NCBI GenBank assembly: GCA_963843555.1
Contig: CAWJKV010000002.1
Location: 1 to 64,000 of the forward strand
Origin: an uncultured Methanosarcinales archaeon
GTDB taxonomy: Archaea > Halobacteriota > Methanosarcinia > Methanotrichales > Methanotrichaceae
Direction of reading: 5' to 3'
DNA length: 64,000 nt
This document shows positions 53,491 through 64,000 of this stretch, in pieces. The position numbers were made by a program, and so were the translations under genes. Position 1 is the stretch's first letter. The number at the start of each line of letters is the position of its first letter. The notes under the pieces were generated by a model. That model was not told where the DNA came from and searched no databases. It saw nothing but the letters and a program-made list of their open reading frames with translations.

Positions 53491-54000
53491 TCAAAACTCC
53501 TGCAAAGCATCCTGATAGCACCGGCGGGCCCTCTCGCTAAAGCAAACAGCAATCACATCAGAATCGTTCTTTTCCAGGTAGGACGTCATCTCCCGAAGGG
53601 CGATGCGACAGGCTCGTTCCATGGGAAAACCATAAACGCCTGCGCTGATGGCCGGGAATGCTATCGTTTTTATGCCGTACAGCTCTGCCAGGGCGAAGCA
53701 GTTCCTGTAACAATTGGCCAGAAGATCATCCTCGCCATTATCCCCGCCGCTCCAAATCGGCCCAACTGTATGGATGACAAAGCGGGCTGGAAGCCTATAG
53801 CCTCTGGTGATGCGGGCTTCTCCCGTCGGGCAGCCATAAAGACCGCGGCACTCCTCCAGAAGCTCCGGGCCGGCAATGCTATGGATGGCACCGTCCACAC
53901 CTCCGCCGCCCAAAAGAGAGTTGTTGGCGGCGTTGACGATGGCGTCCACCTTTAAGGTGGTGATATCGGCCATTACTAATTTAATTGTATCTGCTCTCAC
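53491..54000 (-). CDS. Macro domain O-acetyl-ADP-ribose deacetylase (YmdB-like)
   Basis: [41 protein letters not shown]. Confidence 0.95.
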   Translation of the reverse strand: MRADTIKLVMADITTLKVDAIVNAANNSLLGGGGVDGAIHSIAGPELLEECRGLYGCPTGEARITRGYRLPARFVIHTVGPIWSGGDNGEDDLLANCYRNCFALAELYGIKTIAFPAISAGVYGFPMERACRIALREMTSYLEKNDSDVIAVCFSERARRCYQDALQEF

Positions 54001-55823
54001 TCTATCTCTTCCATTATCAATATCGCACCAGAAATGTTTTGACCGGATTCTATTAGCGGAGCGAGAATCATGTGCATTACGATGCGTTTGCCTTTCCTAT
54101 TAGTAGCCTCCAGGTCCAGTTCCGTGGATTTGCCTTCGTCCAAAATCTTCCGTATTGGCGCTGTGAGCTGCTCTACAGGCAGCCCCATATCCTGAACAAA
54201 AAAGCTCTTGCCAAGTATGTCTGCTGCCTGCAGACCCCACAACTCTTCAGCTCTATGGTTCCAGGCTAGAATGCAGCCGCCTCTGTCCATGAGCACAAGT
54301 CCTCTGTGGAGGCTTCCCAACACAGAATCGAGAAGGGCGTTCGTGAGGTTGAGATCGTCTGAACGCTGACTGAACTCATCGTTTGTTGTGCTAAGTTCTT
54401 CATTGGTCGACTGAAGCTCTTCATTCAAGGTCTCAAGCTCTTCATTTGTGGTCTGGAGTTCCTCCACAGAGGAGTTGAACTCTTCATTCATAGTCACCAG
54501 AACCTCATTTGTCGATTGCAGTTCATGCTTCGTACGTTCCAGTTCCTGCTGGAGACTGTATCGTTCCGTCTCGTCGGAGAAGACTATGCATAGTCCGATT
54601 GGAGTTCCTTCGTCCTGCAACAGAGGAGTTATCTCGATATCCATAAACCTGTTCCCGCCATTGGGCAGAATCCTCTCCACCTTCCTGCGGATCACGGGGC
54701 TGCGTTTAGAATATGACTCTTCGATGAGCGATCTAAGTCCCAGTGGACAGTAAGAAACCTCAAGATCCCAAAAGAGCCTGTCTACGTCTTGAGGAGATAG
54801 GCCAAAGAGCTTTCTTGCCTGTCTATTAGCAAAAGCAAGGAAACCGTTCAACTCCAGAATTATCTTTGCTCTTGAGGCTACTTCGAAGCATGCTTCTTGC
54901 AGATTAATCTGCGATATAGTAAGATGTTCCGGGGTCTTTATTATAGTCTTCTTTTCTGGAACCAGAAATCTTTCACACACCTTTGTTTGAGGGATCTTTA
55001 CCAGGATGCGGTATTTGACGTTGACGGGCATGAATAAGCTAACATAATTTGAGCTTAGTTCAGCTCGCCCCAGGAAGATGAATCCAGTGTCGTTTAGCCC
55101 AAAATGGAACTTGGCAAGTATTCTTGCCTGAGCCTCCGCATTGAAGTACATGAGCGTATTCCTGCAGATGAGAAGGTCCAGATGAGAGATGTGCGCGTCC
55201 CGTATCAGATCCAGGCGTCCGAATATGATTGGTCTTCTGAGGTGCGTGATAAATACGTAGCTATCTCCCGAATGCTCGAAATATTTCCGGCGAAACTCTT
55301 CAGGCACCGACTCCATATCCTTGGCAGAGTATTTTGCCCGGCGTGCATGGGCTAGTGCCTGCTCATCTATATCGGTTGCAAAAATCTTGACCCTCTTTTT
55401 AAAATCCTCTTCGCCGAGGGCTTCATTCATAAGCATTGCTATCGTGTAAACCTCTTCACCAGTCGCACACCCCGCTGACCAAATCCTGATTACTTCATCC
55501 ATTTTCTTGGAGGCCACGATCTTGGGTATCATCTCTTTTGCCAGGTAATCCCAGGTCTCTTTATCCCTGAAGAAGGATGTGACGTTGATGAGAATAGTAT
55601 TGAAGAGCTCGGAGAACTCCTCGGGATGGACCTCCAAATAGTCCTGATAAGCCTCATAATCAGCGATGTCCACCGCCTGCATCCGCCTCCCGATCCGCCG
55701 CATCAAGGTGGGATATTTATAAATTCTTAAGTCCACGCCATGAATGGTCTTGAGAAAATCGAGGAGATTTTCGAACTTCTCATTATTTTCCTGGCCATGA
55801 TCATTTTTTTCAGCCACTTTCAT
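53997..55823 (-). CDS. CheR-type methyltransferase with PAS-coiled coil-PAS (no CheB domain)
   Basis: [60 protein letters not shown]. Confidence 0.92.
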   Translation of the reverse strand: MKVAEKNDHGQENNEKFENLLDFLKTIHGVDLRIYKYPTLMRRIGRRMQAVDIADYEAYQDYLEVHPEEFSELFNTILINVTSFFRDKETWDYLAKEMIPKIVASKKMDEVIRIWSAGCATGEEVYTIAMLMNEALGEEDFKKRVKIFATDIDEQALAHARRAKYSAKDMESVPEEFRRKYFEHSGDSYVFITHLRRPIIFGRLDLIRDAHISHLDLLICRNTLMYFNAEAQARILAKFHFGLNDTGFIFLGRAELSSNYVSLFMPVNVKYRILVKIPQTKVCERFLVPEKKTIIKTPEHLTISQINLQEACFEVASRAKIILELNGFLAFANRQARKLFGLSPQDVDRLFWDLEVSYCPLGLRSLIEESYSKRSPVIRRKVERILPNGGNRFMDIEITPLLQDEGTPIGLCIVFSDETERYSLQQELERTKHELQSTNEVLVTMNEEFNSSVEELQTTNEELETLNEELQSTNEELSTTNDEFSQRSDDLNLTNALLDSVLGSLHRGLVLMDRGGCILAWNHRAEELWGLQAADILGKSFFVQDMGLPVEQLTAPIRKILDEGKSTELDLEATNRKGKRIVMHMILAPLIESGQNISGAILIMEEIE

Positions 55824-55930
55824 CGTCCTCCTTTCAACCAGGCAAATAAGACAGAATGGTGCTAATTGCCTTGAGGCCGCTGGCTGACGCCGTCAATGCA
55901 ACTATGCATCATACTTCCCCCACGAAGCGT

Positions 55931-58500
55931 TCAAGATTGGCTTCGAGCCTCGATCTTGTTCAGTTGCTCTGCCAGGTCCTCGATTCTCACGGGCTTGCTT
56001 ATGTAATCGTCCATGCCGGCTTCAAGACACCTCACCTTGTCGCCCTCCAGAGCGTAGGCTGTGACGGCGATTATCGCCGGCCCACTATCAGGCCAGCGCT
56101 GGCGGATAATCCGGGTAGCTTCCAGACCATTCATCTCGGGCATTCTGACGTCCATGAGCACAAGATCATAATCCTGGCGTTCCAGTGCCTGAAGCACTTC
56201 AATGCCATTTGCTGCCACGTCCGCCCTGTATCCCAGGCGCTTGAGTATCTGCAGGGCTACTTTTTGGCTTGATACATTGTCCTCAGCCAGGAGGATCTTC
56301 AGACGTTTGATCCGGGATTCTCCACGGCCTAGAGGCTGCACTGGCCGACTGCTGAGATTGCTGGATAACGAAGATACTTATCAGGACCTTATGCAGCTGA
56401 GATGGTTTGATGGGCTTGAAGAGGTAGGCATCGAAAAAATCAGGATCTATGCGCTGACCCATGGAAGTCAACATGACCAACGGCATAGTTTTGTTATATC
56501 TCCGGATCTTTCTTGCCAGGGTCAATCCATCCATCTCAGGCATGCTCATGTCGAGGATAGCAGCATCAAATGTATCTCCTCTTTGAATCCAGCCGAGGGC
56601 CTCCTTGCCAGACGATGCAATCAAGGGGCGACATGCCCCAGGAATAGGCATATGCCCCCAGGATATGACGGTTGGTCTTGTTATCATCAACTATCAGCAC
56701 GCTCTTGCCGGCCAACTGGGGCTGGACTCCTATCAGGGTTTTTTGTCCCTCGAGCGCGGTTTCTGCTTTGATGGTGAAGTGGAATATCGAACCAGTTCCT
56801 TTCTCGCTCTCCACCCAAATCCTGCCTTCCATCAGCTCCACGAGTTTCTTGCTGATGGCCAGGCCCAGACCCGTTCCGCCATATTTGCGAGTCACAGTTT
56901 CATCGACCTGGCTGAAAGGCTGGAAGAGACGATCCATCTGATCCGCGGAAATGCCTATACCCGTATCCTGAACTGCAAAATGAATCTGATGAGCGTCAGT
57001 GCCACTCAGTTTCAATGTCGAGACGGATAGCTTGATCTCGCCGCGTTCAGTAAATTTAACAGCATTATACAGCAGGTTCCCCAGAATCTGGCGCAGCCGG
57101 GTGGGATCGCCAATGATGAACTCGGGCACATCTTTGTCGATGGTGTATGCCAGGTTGAGGCGCTTCTCAGCGGCTTTGGCTGATACGAGGTCCAGAGCCT
57201 CCTCGACATTGCCCCGCAGCTCGAAGGGCTGCTCCTCCAGAACTGCCTTTTCGCTATCCATCTTCGAAAAGTCGAGGATGTCGTTGATTATGACCATCAA
57301 TGCGTCACCGTTTATCCTGATGGTCTCGATAAAGTCCTTCTGCTCAGGATTCAGATCCGCATCATCCAGAAGGATGGAGGTCATACCTATGACCGCGTTC
57401 ATGGGCGTACGGATCTCGTGGCTCATGTTGGCCATGAAATCGGATTTCGCCCTGGCTGCCTCCTCGGCGACCTCTTTCGCCTTCAAAAGGGCGCACTCGG
57501 TCTGCTTATGCTCCTCAATCTCCAGGCGCAGCTCTTCGTTGATGCATTCCACTTCCTCTTTTGCTAGCAACAGTGCTGCTGTTCTCTCCTGGATTCTTTG
57601 TTCCAGCTCGTCCCGCGCTTTACAAATCTCGTCTTCCATCTGTTTTCTTTCTGTTATGTCGGAGAGGGTAACTACGCAGCCTATGATCTCGCCTTTAGCT
57701 CCCTTTAGAGGTCCGGCGTTCACCAGCAATTGAAACAGCACACCATTGCGGCATTTCAGACTGGCTTCAGACTTCAGCAGCACATCTCCTTGAAGGGCGA
57801 CTAAAACTGGAGTTAGCAGCTCACCATTTGAAAGTCGGAGGTCGAATAGCTCCTCAAAAGGCTGGAGAATGGGATCGCATCCGCAAATCAGAGTTGCTAC
57901 ATCGCTGGCACGGATAATTCTCCCCGAATCATCGCATACCACAATGGCCTCCGTTGCCTGCTCGATGATGGAACGGGCCAGCCTTTCGGCGGCGATCATA
58001 TCTTCGTCCCGTTTCTGCACTGTCAGATCTGCTATAACAGCAGAGAAGGCTTCCTGTGATTCTGTCAGCGGGAGAGCACTGATTGTGATAAAAACCGGCA
58101 AAATGCTTTCGTCTTCTGCTTGAAGAGCCAGCTCTCCTCCACGCAAATCCTGCAAAAATCTCTCGAAGGCGGACCGATTCTCAGGAGGAATGAAACGATA
58201 AATGGAACTGCCTACAACTTTTTCCAGGGGAGATTTTGCCATCTCTGCAAAGCGACGGTTGCAGTAGAGGATGGTCCCGTCCTGGGCCAGGGTGACGGCT
58301 CCTTCGTTCATGGCCTCGATAAGAGTGCGGTAGGCGCGGTCCGACCCTTCCAGAGTGAAGACCTGCTCGCCATGCGGTCCTGAGGTGACCAGAGCATCTA
58401 CTTCGCCGCCTCTTATGGCACGCAAGAGCTCCTGCGCCTCTTCCAGACTTTTTTGTAGCTCCTCATTCCGGGCCTTAAGTCTCTCATAAGATTTGGTCAC
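55931..58500 (-). CDS. Hybrid sensor kinase PAS-PAS-HisKA-HATPase-REC-REC (frameshift near 56625)
   Basis: [30 protein letters not shown], two receiver domains in downstream frames. Confidence 0.9.
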
Positions 58501-58503
58501 GGT

Positions 58504-58905
58504 TTATTCCACGCTCTTGCAATCTTGGTTTTTCGGGTCTGGCAGTGGACCTTTCCTGGCGGCGGGTCCAGCCTGCACATCCAATCCCACCAGAACACGC
58601 TCAGTATCCGACATGCTGCCTACGAGCTTTCGCAGAGGTAAAGGAAGCTCCTTTATAAGCGTAGGTGCGGCTACGATCTGCCCGTCTTTGGCGAGGATAG
58701 GCTGCTGATAGATATCGATCACCTCAAGCTGATATCTTCCGGGAAGGTATTCTTCGCATAAGCGCTTGATGTTCTCGACGGCCTGAAGGGATTTCGAGTT
58801 CATTCCTGCCACATAAAGGTGCAATACGTACTTCTCTAGTGGTGGGTTCTTGATGGCGGATTCAAATTCCCTGGTCGTGTTATCCTGGTCATCCATGAAT
58901 TTCAC
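58504..58905 (-). CDS. kaiB: KaiB family protein
   Basis: [39 protein letters not shown]. Confidence 0.93.
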   Translation of the reverse strand: MKFMDDQDNTTREFESAIKNPPLEKYVLHLYVAGMNSKSLQAVENIKRLCEEYLPGRYQLEVIDIYQQPILAKDGQIVAAPTLIKELPLPLRKLVGSMSDTERVLVGLDVQAGPAARKGPLPDPKNQDCKSVE

Positions 58906-59283
58906 TCTTGCAGAGGTTTATCATGCAATTGTACGTCGCTCAGTCGATCTTTCTTTGCCGGTTTCAGGTCCAGGCCCACCAGCACGCGTTCGGTATTGGA
59001 TAAATCCCCTATGATCTTTCTCACGGGCTCGGGAAGCTTTCTGACCAGTGTCGGGATAGCGAGGATCTGGTCACCCTTGGCTAACTGCGGATTCTTCAAA
59101 AGATCTACCACTTCGATGCGGTACCTGGACTTCATGTGCTCCTCGCAGATCTTCTTGAGATTGGCAAAGGCGGTCAGACTCTTAGGGGTTTGGCCTGCCA
59201 CATACAGTTTAAGAATGAAGTACTCTCCATCCTGCTCCGGATCCTGGTTGGGCCGGTCCTGATTCGTCCTTACTTTCCGCCAT
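58902..59283 (-). CDS. kaiB: KaiB family protein (ATG at 59283 is out of frame; probable indel)
   Basis: [54 protein letters not shown]. Confidence 0.93.
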
Positions 59284-59285
59284 TC

Positions 59286-61025
59286 CTATCTCCTCTCCCC
59301 GGGCATACATTGAGTTGCGTCCGCATCCCTTGTTCTTGCCATCTCCCCCCGACTTTGCGCCAGATCCCGGGAACGCTTTTCTTCTTCTTTGGCGAGCAAC
59401 TTGAGCTCTTCCTCCTCTGTCTCGAACTCAAAATTTAGCAAGTCCATCTTTGCCTTCAGGGTGCGAAGCTTTCTTTCCAGCTCCCCCTTCTTGCGCTCAT
59501 TCTCCAGATCGGACGCCGACATCAACTCATCCTCTCTAGCCTCCTGAGCGGCTCGAGCCGAGCCCATCAAGAGTCCGCCCTGATTCCCAAGATAGACGTC
59601 CATGATCTTCACGCCCTGGTCCGTCAGCAAGAACTCGCGGATCTGGTTGGAGTGCCTCATCCCGCGGGACTTGATCACCGATATTCCATGGTTGCGTTCG
59701 CTGTCGGTCTCAAAAATGCGCAGCTTGAGCCAGGTATCAATCAACGAAGAGACACCCTGGCCTGTCTGTCCCTCATCCTCGATATCGACAAGACTGGTAC
59801 AGATCGCTGTGGTTCCTTTGGATTTCATGTAATCGATCAGGCGCGTAAGCATAGATTTGACATCCTCTGTTGCGCCTACGTTTATGAGATTGGATACGGG
59901 ATCGAAGATGACGACCTCCGGCTGGAATTTATCGATATGCCTGAGAATATCCAGGAGATGCATCTCCAGGCCAAAGGCCATGGGACGCATGGAGCGAATC
60001 TGTAGAAGCCCCTTATTTATCCAGGGCTCCAGGTCGAGGCCTATGGAACGCATGTTGCGGACGATCTGGCCGGGCGACTCCTCAAAGGCGAAGTAGATAC
60101 AGCGTTCTCCTCTCCGGCAGGCAGCATCAACAAAATGAATGGCAAAGCTCGTCTTTCCCGTTCCTGCCGTTCCTGAGATCAGAATGCTGCTGCCGCGATA
60201 GTACCCCATGCCATCCAGCATGTTGTCAAGGCGCTCGATTCCCGTGGAGATCCTTTCAGCTGAAGCCGAGTGCTCCAGCCTCAGCGAGGTGAGAGGAAGA
60301 ACTGAGATACCATCTTCTTCGATGAGGAAGGGATACTCATTTGTGCCGTGATTCGAGCCGCGGTATTTGATGATGCGCAGACGCCTGGTAGCGATCTGGT
60401 TCTCCATGCGGTTGTCCAATAATATCACGCAATCGGCGACATATTCCTCCAGGCCGTAGCGGGTCAGAGAGTGCTCTCCGCGTTCGCCTGTGACAATGGC
60501 TGTGACGCCTTTATCCTTCAGCCACCGGAAAAGCCTTATCAGCTCCGCTCTCAAGATGGCATCGTTCTTGAATCCCGAAAAGAGAGCTTCTATGGTGTCC
60601 AGCACCACACGCTTTGCTCCTATGGTGTCGATGGCGCAACCCAGGCGTATGAATAGCCCCTCCAGGTCATAATCGCCTGTCTCCTCAATCTCGCTTGGGT
60701 CGATTTTGACATAATCGATCAGCATCTGGCCGCCTGCGATCAGCCTGTCAAGGTCGAAGCCCAATGAAGCAAAGTTCCTTGTCAGCTCCTCTGCTGTTTC
60801 TTCAAAGGCTATAAAGACGCCCGGCTCGTTGTTCTGCACTGCTCCTTGCGCGAGGAATTGCATGGACAGGAGAGTCTTTCCTGAGCCCGCACTTCCCGTG
60901 ACCAGGGTCGGACGACCTCTGGGCAGTCCCCCGCCCGTTATCTCATCCAAGCCAGCGATACCTGTGGGGGCCTTTTCCAGTTGTTTATAATGAGATTCAG
61001 CAGGCGTATTATTGAGATCTATCAT
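59286..61025 (-). CDS. kaiC: Double-domain circadian clock ATPase/kinase KaiC
   Basis: GSAGSGKT and GTAGTGKT Walker A motifs, FEE, IIKYRGS.H, phosphosite region GVSSLIDTW, KSRGM.HSNQIREF, C-terminal coiled coil. Confidence 0.96.
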   Translation of the reverse strand: MIDLNNTPAESHYKQLEKAPTGIAGLDEITGGGLPRGRPTLVTGSAGSGKTLLSMQFLAQGAVQNNEPGVFIAFEETAEELTRNFASLGFDLDRLIAGGQMLIDYVKIDPSEIEETGDYDLEGLFIRLGCAIDTIGAKRVVLDTIEALFSGFKNDAILRAELIRLFRWLKDKGVTAIVTGERGEHSLTRYGLEEYVADCVILLDNRMENQIATRRLRIIKYRGSNHGTNEYPFLIEEDGISVLPLTSLRLEHSASAERISTGIERLDNMLDGMGYYRGSSILISGTAGTGKTSFAIHFVDAACRRGERCIYFAFEESPGQIVRNMRSIGLDLEPWINKGLLQIRSMRPMAFGLEMHLLDILRHIDKFQPEVVIFDPVSNLINVGATEDVKSMLTRLIDYMKSKGTTAICTSLVDIEDEGQTGQGVSSLIDTWLKLRIFETDSERNHGISVIKSRGMRHSNQIREFLLTDQGVKIMDVYLGNQGGLLMGSARAAQEAREDELMSASDLENERKKGELERKLRTLKAKMDLLNFEFETEEEELKLLAKEEEKRSRDLAQSRGEMARTRDADATQCMPGERR

Positions 61026-61200
61026 GATTGCAACTCCTTCCTGTCCGCTCTATTTTCGGCTACGGCAACAAGAATATGACCGCCTCTGCAATGGTGTACT
61101 CGAAATTACAGATTTGCACCAATCGCTGAGATAACAAAAAGGTTTCGATCAAAGAGATGTGAAAGAAGGTTGGAAGACCTCCAATCTGGTTGAGACAGGG

Positions 61201-61881
61201 TCAATAGCCCAGCTGATCATTCACCAGGATCAGAGTGACCCGCCCTTGCTGTCTTTCATTTGACAGAATAACACATTTTCCAATTTGGCTGGGCGCGCCA
61301 TAGACTTTCTTGGAGCGAGCATCCTCAAGAGGATAGGCATACTCACGAATTCTTTGCAGAGCGTCTGCCAGAGAGGGTACAATTTTATTTACCCCGGCCA
61401 CAAGAACCAGATGCTTGGCGGCAAAGGGCCAGGCTCCCACTCGGCTTCCGCTGGCGTCGCATGATACCAGCTCTCCTGTCGCGGCTATGGCATTCACCCC
61501 GGAGAGAAAATACTCGGCAGCGACGGATTTCCTCCTCATTTCGTTTCTAGTTGCGTCGTCATTTTCCGAGATCAATTTTCTGGCGAGATCTATCCAATTG
61601 TGCTGCTCGCTTTTCAGGAGATCCAGGTAGCCGATCTCAATCAATGTGGTGGACGACCCGTTCATGATTTCAGCGCCTGGCGGAATGAGCTCTTCGATCC
61701 TGGCCAATGCCAGACGACCATCCTGTACCCGCAGAACCTTGATTCCCCTGGCTTCGATCTCTTTCACGGATGATGCGATCTCCTTCTCGGCAGGGATCCG
61801 GCTCCACCTTGCGGTATCGACCTGCAATTCCGGCAGCAGGTTTGCAGCGCTATACAAAGTTCGCTTCTCCGTTCCGATCAC
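61201..61881 (-). CDS. LUD-domain (lactate utilisation LutC/YkgG-like) protein
   Basis: GSSTTL.EIG, FLSGVNAI..GELV.CD..GSRV, AG.NKIV. Confidence 0.85.
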   Translation of the reverse strand: MIGTEKRTLYSAANLLPELQVDTARWSRIPAEKEIASSVKEIEARGIKVLRVQDGRLALARIEELIPPGAEIMNGSSTTLIEIGYLDLLKSEQHNWIDLARKLISENDDATRNEMRRKSVAAEYFLSGVNAIAATGELVSCDASGSRVGAWPFAAKHLVLVAGVNKIVPSLADALQRIREYAYPLEDARSKKVYGAPSQIGKCVILSNERQQGRVTLILVNDQLGY

Positions 61882-62378
61882 CCTATATAGTTTTGTCCTC
61901 TATTCTTAAAATAGTTTAGCCACCTGGTCATTACAGCCCGAAAAAATACTTGAAAACGCTTTCCCGGACTGAGTCGGGCTTCTTATGGAGGACTTACGGC
62001 AATCTTCTAAAGTTAAATTTTTGTTACATATCAGTTAATCTTTTGCGCTGTTTGCCAGAATAAACTATAAAAAATTTATTTAATAATTCATGAGCTGAAT
62101 GCTGAAATTCTTCATATACAAAGTTCGCTTCTCCGTTCCGATCACCTTATATAGTTTTGCCCTCTATTTTTAAAGTAGTTTAGCCATCTAATCATTACAG
62201 GCCGAGAAAATACGCGAAAACGCTTTTCAGGACTGAGTCGGGCTTCTTGTGGAAGATTTATGGCAATCTTCCTAAAGTTAAATTATTGTTAAAGATCAGA
62301 CGGTTTCTTTACGCTGTTTGCCAGATTAACTGAAAGAATTTATTCAATAACTCTTGAGGCGAATGCTAAACTTCTTAT
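61851..62378. repeat. Diverged tandem duplication, period about 264 bp
   Basis: TATACAAAGTTCGCTTCTCCGTTCCGATCACC at 61851 and 62115; GGACTGAGTCGGGCTTCTT in both units. Confidence 0.92.
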
Positions 62379-62402
62379 ATATTGTTCTCCATATAGGAAA
62401 CA

Positions 62403-64000
62403 ATGAATCAGGGAAGGGGGAGTGAGTATGCACAACTGCTTGCGGTTGTTGTCTTCAGCCTCTTGTTAAGATTATTTGCGGGTAGAAGCTCACTAACCGA
62501 AAACGGGGTCTTGCTTCCAGGTTATGATGAGTATTACCATATGCGCAGAATAATATACACTGCAAGCCATTTTCCCAATACGCTTTGGTTCGACTCATAC
62601 CTGAACTATCCGGAAGGATTTGATGTAACCTGGCCGCCTCTTTTTGATCAGATCTCCGCGGCCCTCTGTATGGCCCTCGGCCAGCATACTAAAGAGGGCA
62701 TGGAGATGACGGCATCCTTTACTCCTATAATCATAGGCATCATAGCGGTCTTAGCCGTCTATTACACAGTCAGAGAACTCTTCGATCATAAAGTGGCTCT
62801 ACTGGCCAGCTTCATGGCCGCCCTGACTCCCTATTATCTTCTCTACACCAGGTTCGCTGCCATGGATCACCACGGTCTCGAGGTTCTGTTCGTTCTCATA
62901 ATATTGTTGTTCCTAACTATGGCCATCTGCCGGAAGGAGAAGAGATATCTATTTGCCTGCCTGGCCGGAGGTGCCATGGCCGCCCTGGCATATACCTGGC
63001 TGGGCGCTGGTATCTATCTTGGAATATTCCTGCTCTATGGTGCCGTTAAGATGGCATTGGATCTCAAAGAGGGAGAATCGTTTAAGGAGACCGTAACAAC
63101 GCTCTTGGTCTCCTTCGCATTTGCTCTTATCCTTGTTCTGCCGTTTTGGAATTCTTCCTGGCTCTCTTCCTCCTTCCGGGCTATAGCGGGAATGATCGTT
63201 GCCCTTTGCATCATGTATGCTATCGCCAACCTCATAGCAAAGAAGAATTTATCCTGGAAGGCATTTCCTCTGAGCCTCCTGATTTTATTGCTATTATTTG
63301 CCCTGCTCTCCCAGCTTCCCGGCGGATTTTTCGGTTTGGGTGCAGTTGTCCGCTACGGATTTGAGTATATCTGGGGCGGAGGGATGATTGGAAAGATCGC
63401 CGAGGCACAGCCGCTCATCTTTGATACAAAGAGCTTTTCTCGGGTAGCCTTCTCTCTGCTGGGATTGAATATTCTCTTATCCCTGGGTGGTATTGCTGCC
63501 CTCATAATGCACATCATCCGCAGCCATGGCGCAAAAAGAGAAGGCAGGATCCTGCTACTGGTCTGGGCCGTGTCCACCCTGATTCTAACCTTTGGCCAGT
63601 CCCGGTTTCTCTACATCTCCACGATCTCTATGGGAATCTTGATAAGCATTCTCTTCTTCTATATCCTGGATCTGGCAGGTAAGAGGCTTAAGGAAAACGG
63701 GCAGAAGACTCCGCGGATATTGGCTGCCGCCTTATTATTGCTCCTCATCCTGCCCACGGTCTGGCAAGCTACCTCCTTTTCCCTGAATTCATCACCAGCG
63801 GTGGCTGGCGATTGGCAAGAATCGCTCGTCTGGCTGAAGGAAAATAGCAACACTACCAGTTTCTTTGCCTCCCCAGAGAAAACACCTGAGTACAGTGTTA
63901 TGAGCTGGTGGGACTATGGCAACTGGATCCTCTATCTTTCCGAGCGTCCTGTGGTAGCTAACAATTTCCAGGTGGGTGTGGCGGATGCTGCTAAATTCTA
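62403..64000 (+). CDS. aglB: Oligosaccharyltransferase AglB/STT3 (runs off window)
   Basis: GYDEYYHMRR, FDSYLNYP.G..WPPLFD, DHH..E, IAEAQP, MSWWDYGNWI in frame from ATG 62403. Confidence 0.93.
   Translation, partial: MNQGRGSEYAQLLAVVVFSLLLRLFAGRSSLTENGVLLPGYDEYYHMRRIIYTASHFPNTLWFDSYLNYPEGFDVTWPPLFDQISAALCMALGQHTKEGMEMTASFTPIIIGIIAVLAVYYTVRELFDHKVALLASFMAALTPYYLLYTRFAAMDHHGLEVLFVLIILLFLTMAICRKEKRYLFACLAGGAMAALAYTWLGAGIYLGIFLLYGAVKMALDLKEGESFKETVTTLLVSFAFALILVLPFWNSSWLSSSFRAIAGMIVALCIMYAIANLIAKKNLSWKAFPLSLLILLLLFALLSQLPGGFFGLGAVVRYGFEYIWGGGMIGKIAEAQPLIFDTKSFSRVAFSLLGLNILLSLGGIAALIMHIIRSHGAKREGRILLLVWAVSTLILTFGQSRFLYISTISMGILISILFFYILDLAGKRLKENGQKTPRILAAALLLLLILPTVWQATSFSLNSSPAVAGDWQESLVWLKENSNTTSFFASPEKTPEYSVMSWWDYGNWILYLSERPVVANNFQVGVADAAKF

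Noticed and set aside
1..64000. CRISPR array, rRNA, SRP RNA or RNase P RNA
   Set aside because: No regularly spaced short repeats or diagnostic motifs were seen; CCTCCGGAAGGAG near 12286 lacks the rest of the SRP helix 8 context.

Overview
This window is archaeal chromosomal DNA, most consistent with a Methanothrix/Methanotrichaceae-type methanogen. That assignment is an inference from gene content: archaeal initiator tRNA-Met, AglB, CDC48, Tes-type radical SAM, and many secreted Asn/Thr-rich proteins. Many genes carry single-base frameshifts, mostly at 22.3-32.2 kb and also near 38-41, 56.6 and 59.2 kb; these look like long-read indel errors. From left to right the window holds: (1) paralogous secreted proteins, RDD, YkgJ and a tetraether-synthase-like radical SAM; (2) a decayed IS256 and an IS200; (3) a Ni/Co ECF transporter (cbiMNQO) followed by two tiny His-rich proteins and a decaying metal-uptake island with NikR-like operators; (4) a duplicated non-coding promoter-plus-structured-RNA element; (5) a bacterial-type tgt + queuosine-precursor transporter pair; (6) ferritin-rubredoxin-2-oxoacid oxidoreductase genes divergent from tusA-dsrE-iscS-iscU; (7) an MNT-HEPN pair, a beta-CASP nuclease, tRNA-iMet, rnhB and a class V aminotransferase; (8) a tightly coupled four-gene operon of two large repeat-containing surface proteins, a polytopic membrane protein and a highly divergent tubulin/FtsZ-superfamily protein; (9) DUF2156/GNAT, rubrerythrin, cdc48, PolB2-accessory-like genes and EamA; (10) a kaiC-kaiB-kaiB-hybrid kinase-CheR-macrodomain cluster, a LUD protein and a partial aglB. 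The best candidates for new biology are the tubulin-like/surface-protein operon, apparent queuine salvage in a methanogen, the unannotated CCH-capped His-rich peptide, and the duplicated structured leader/sRNA. All calls were made by eye with no database searches.
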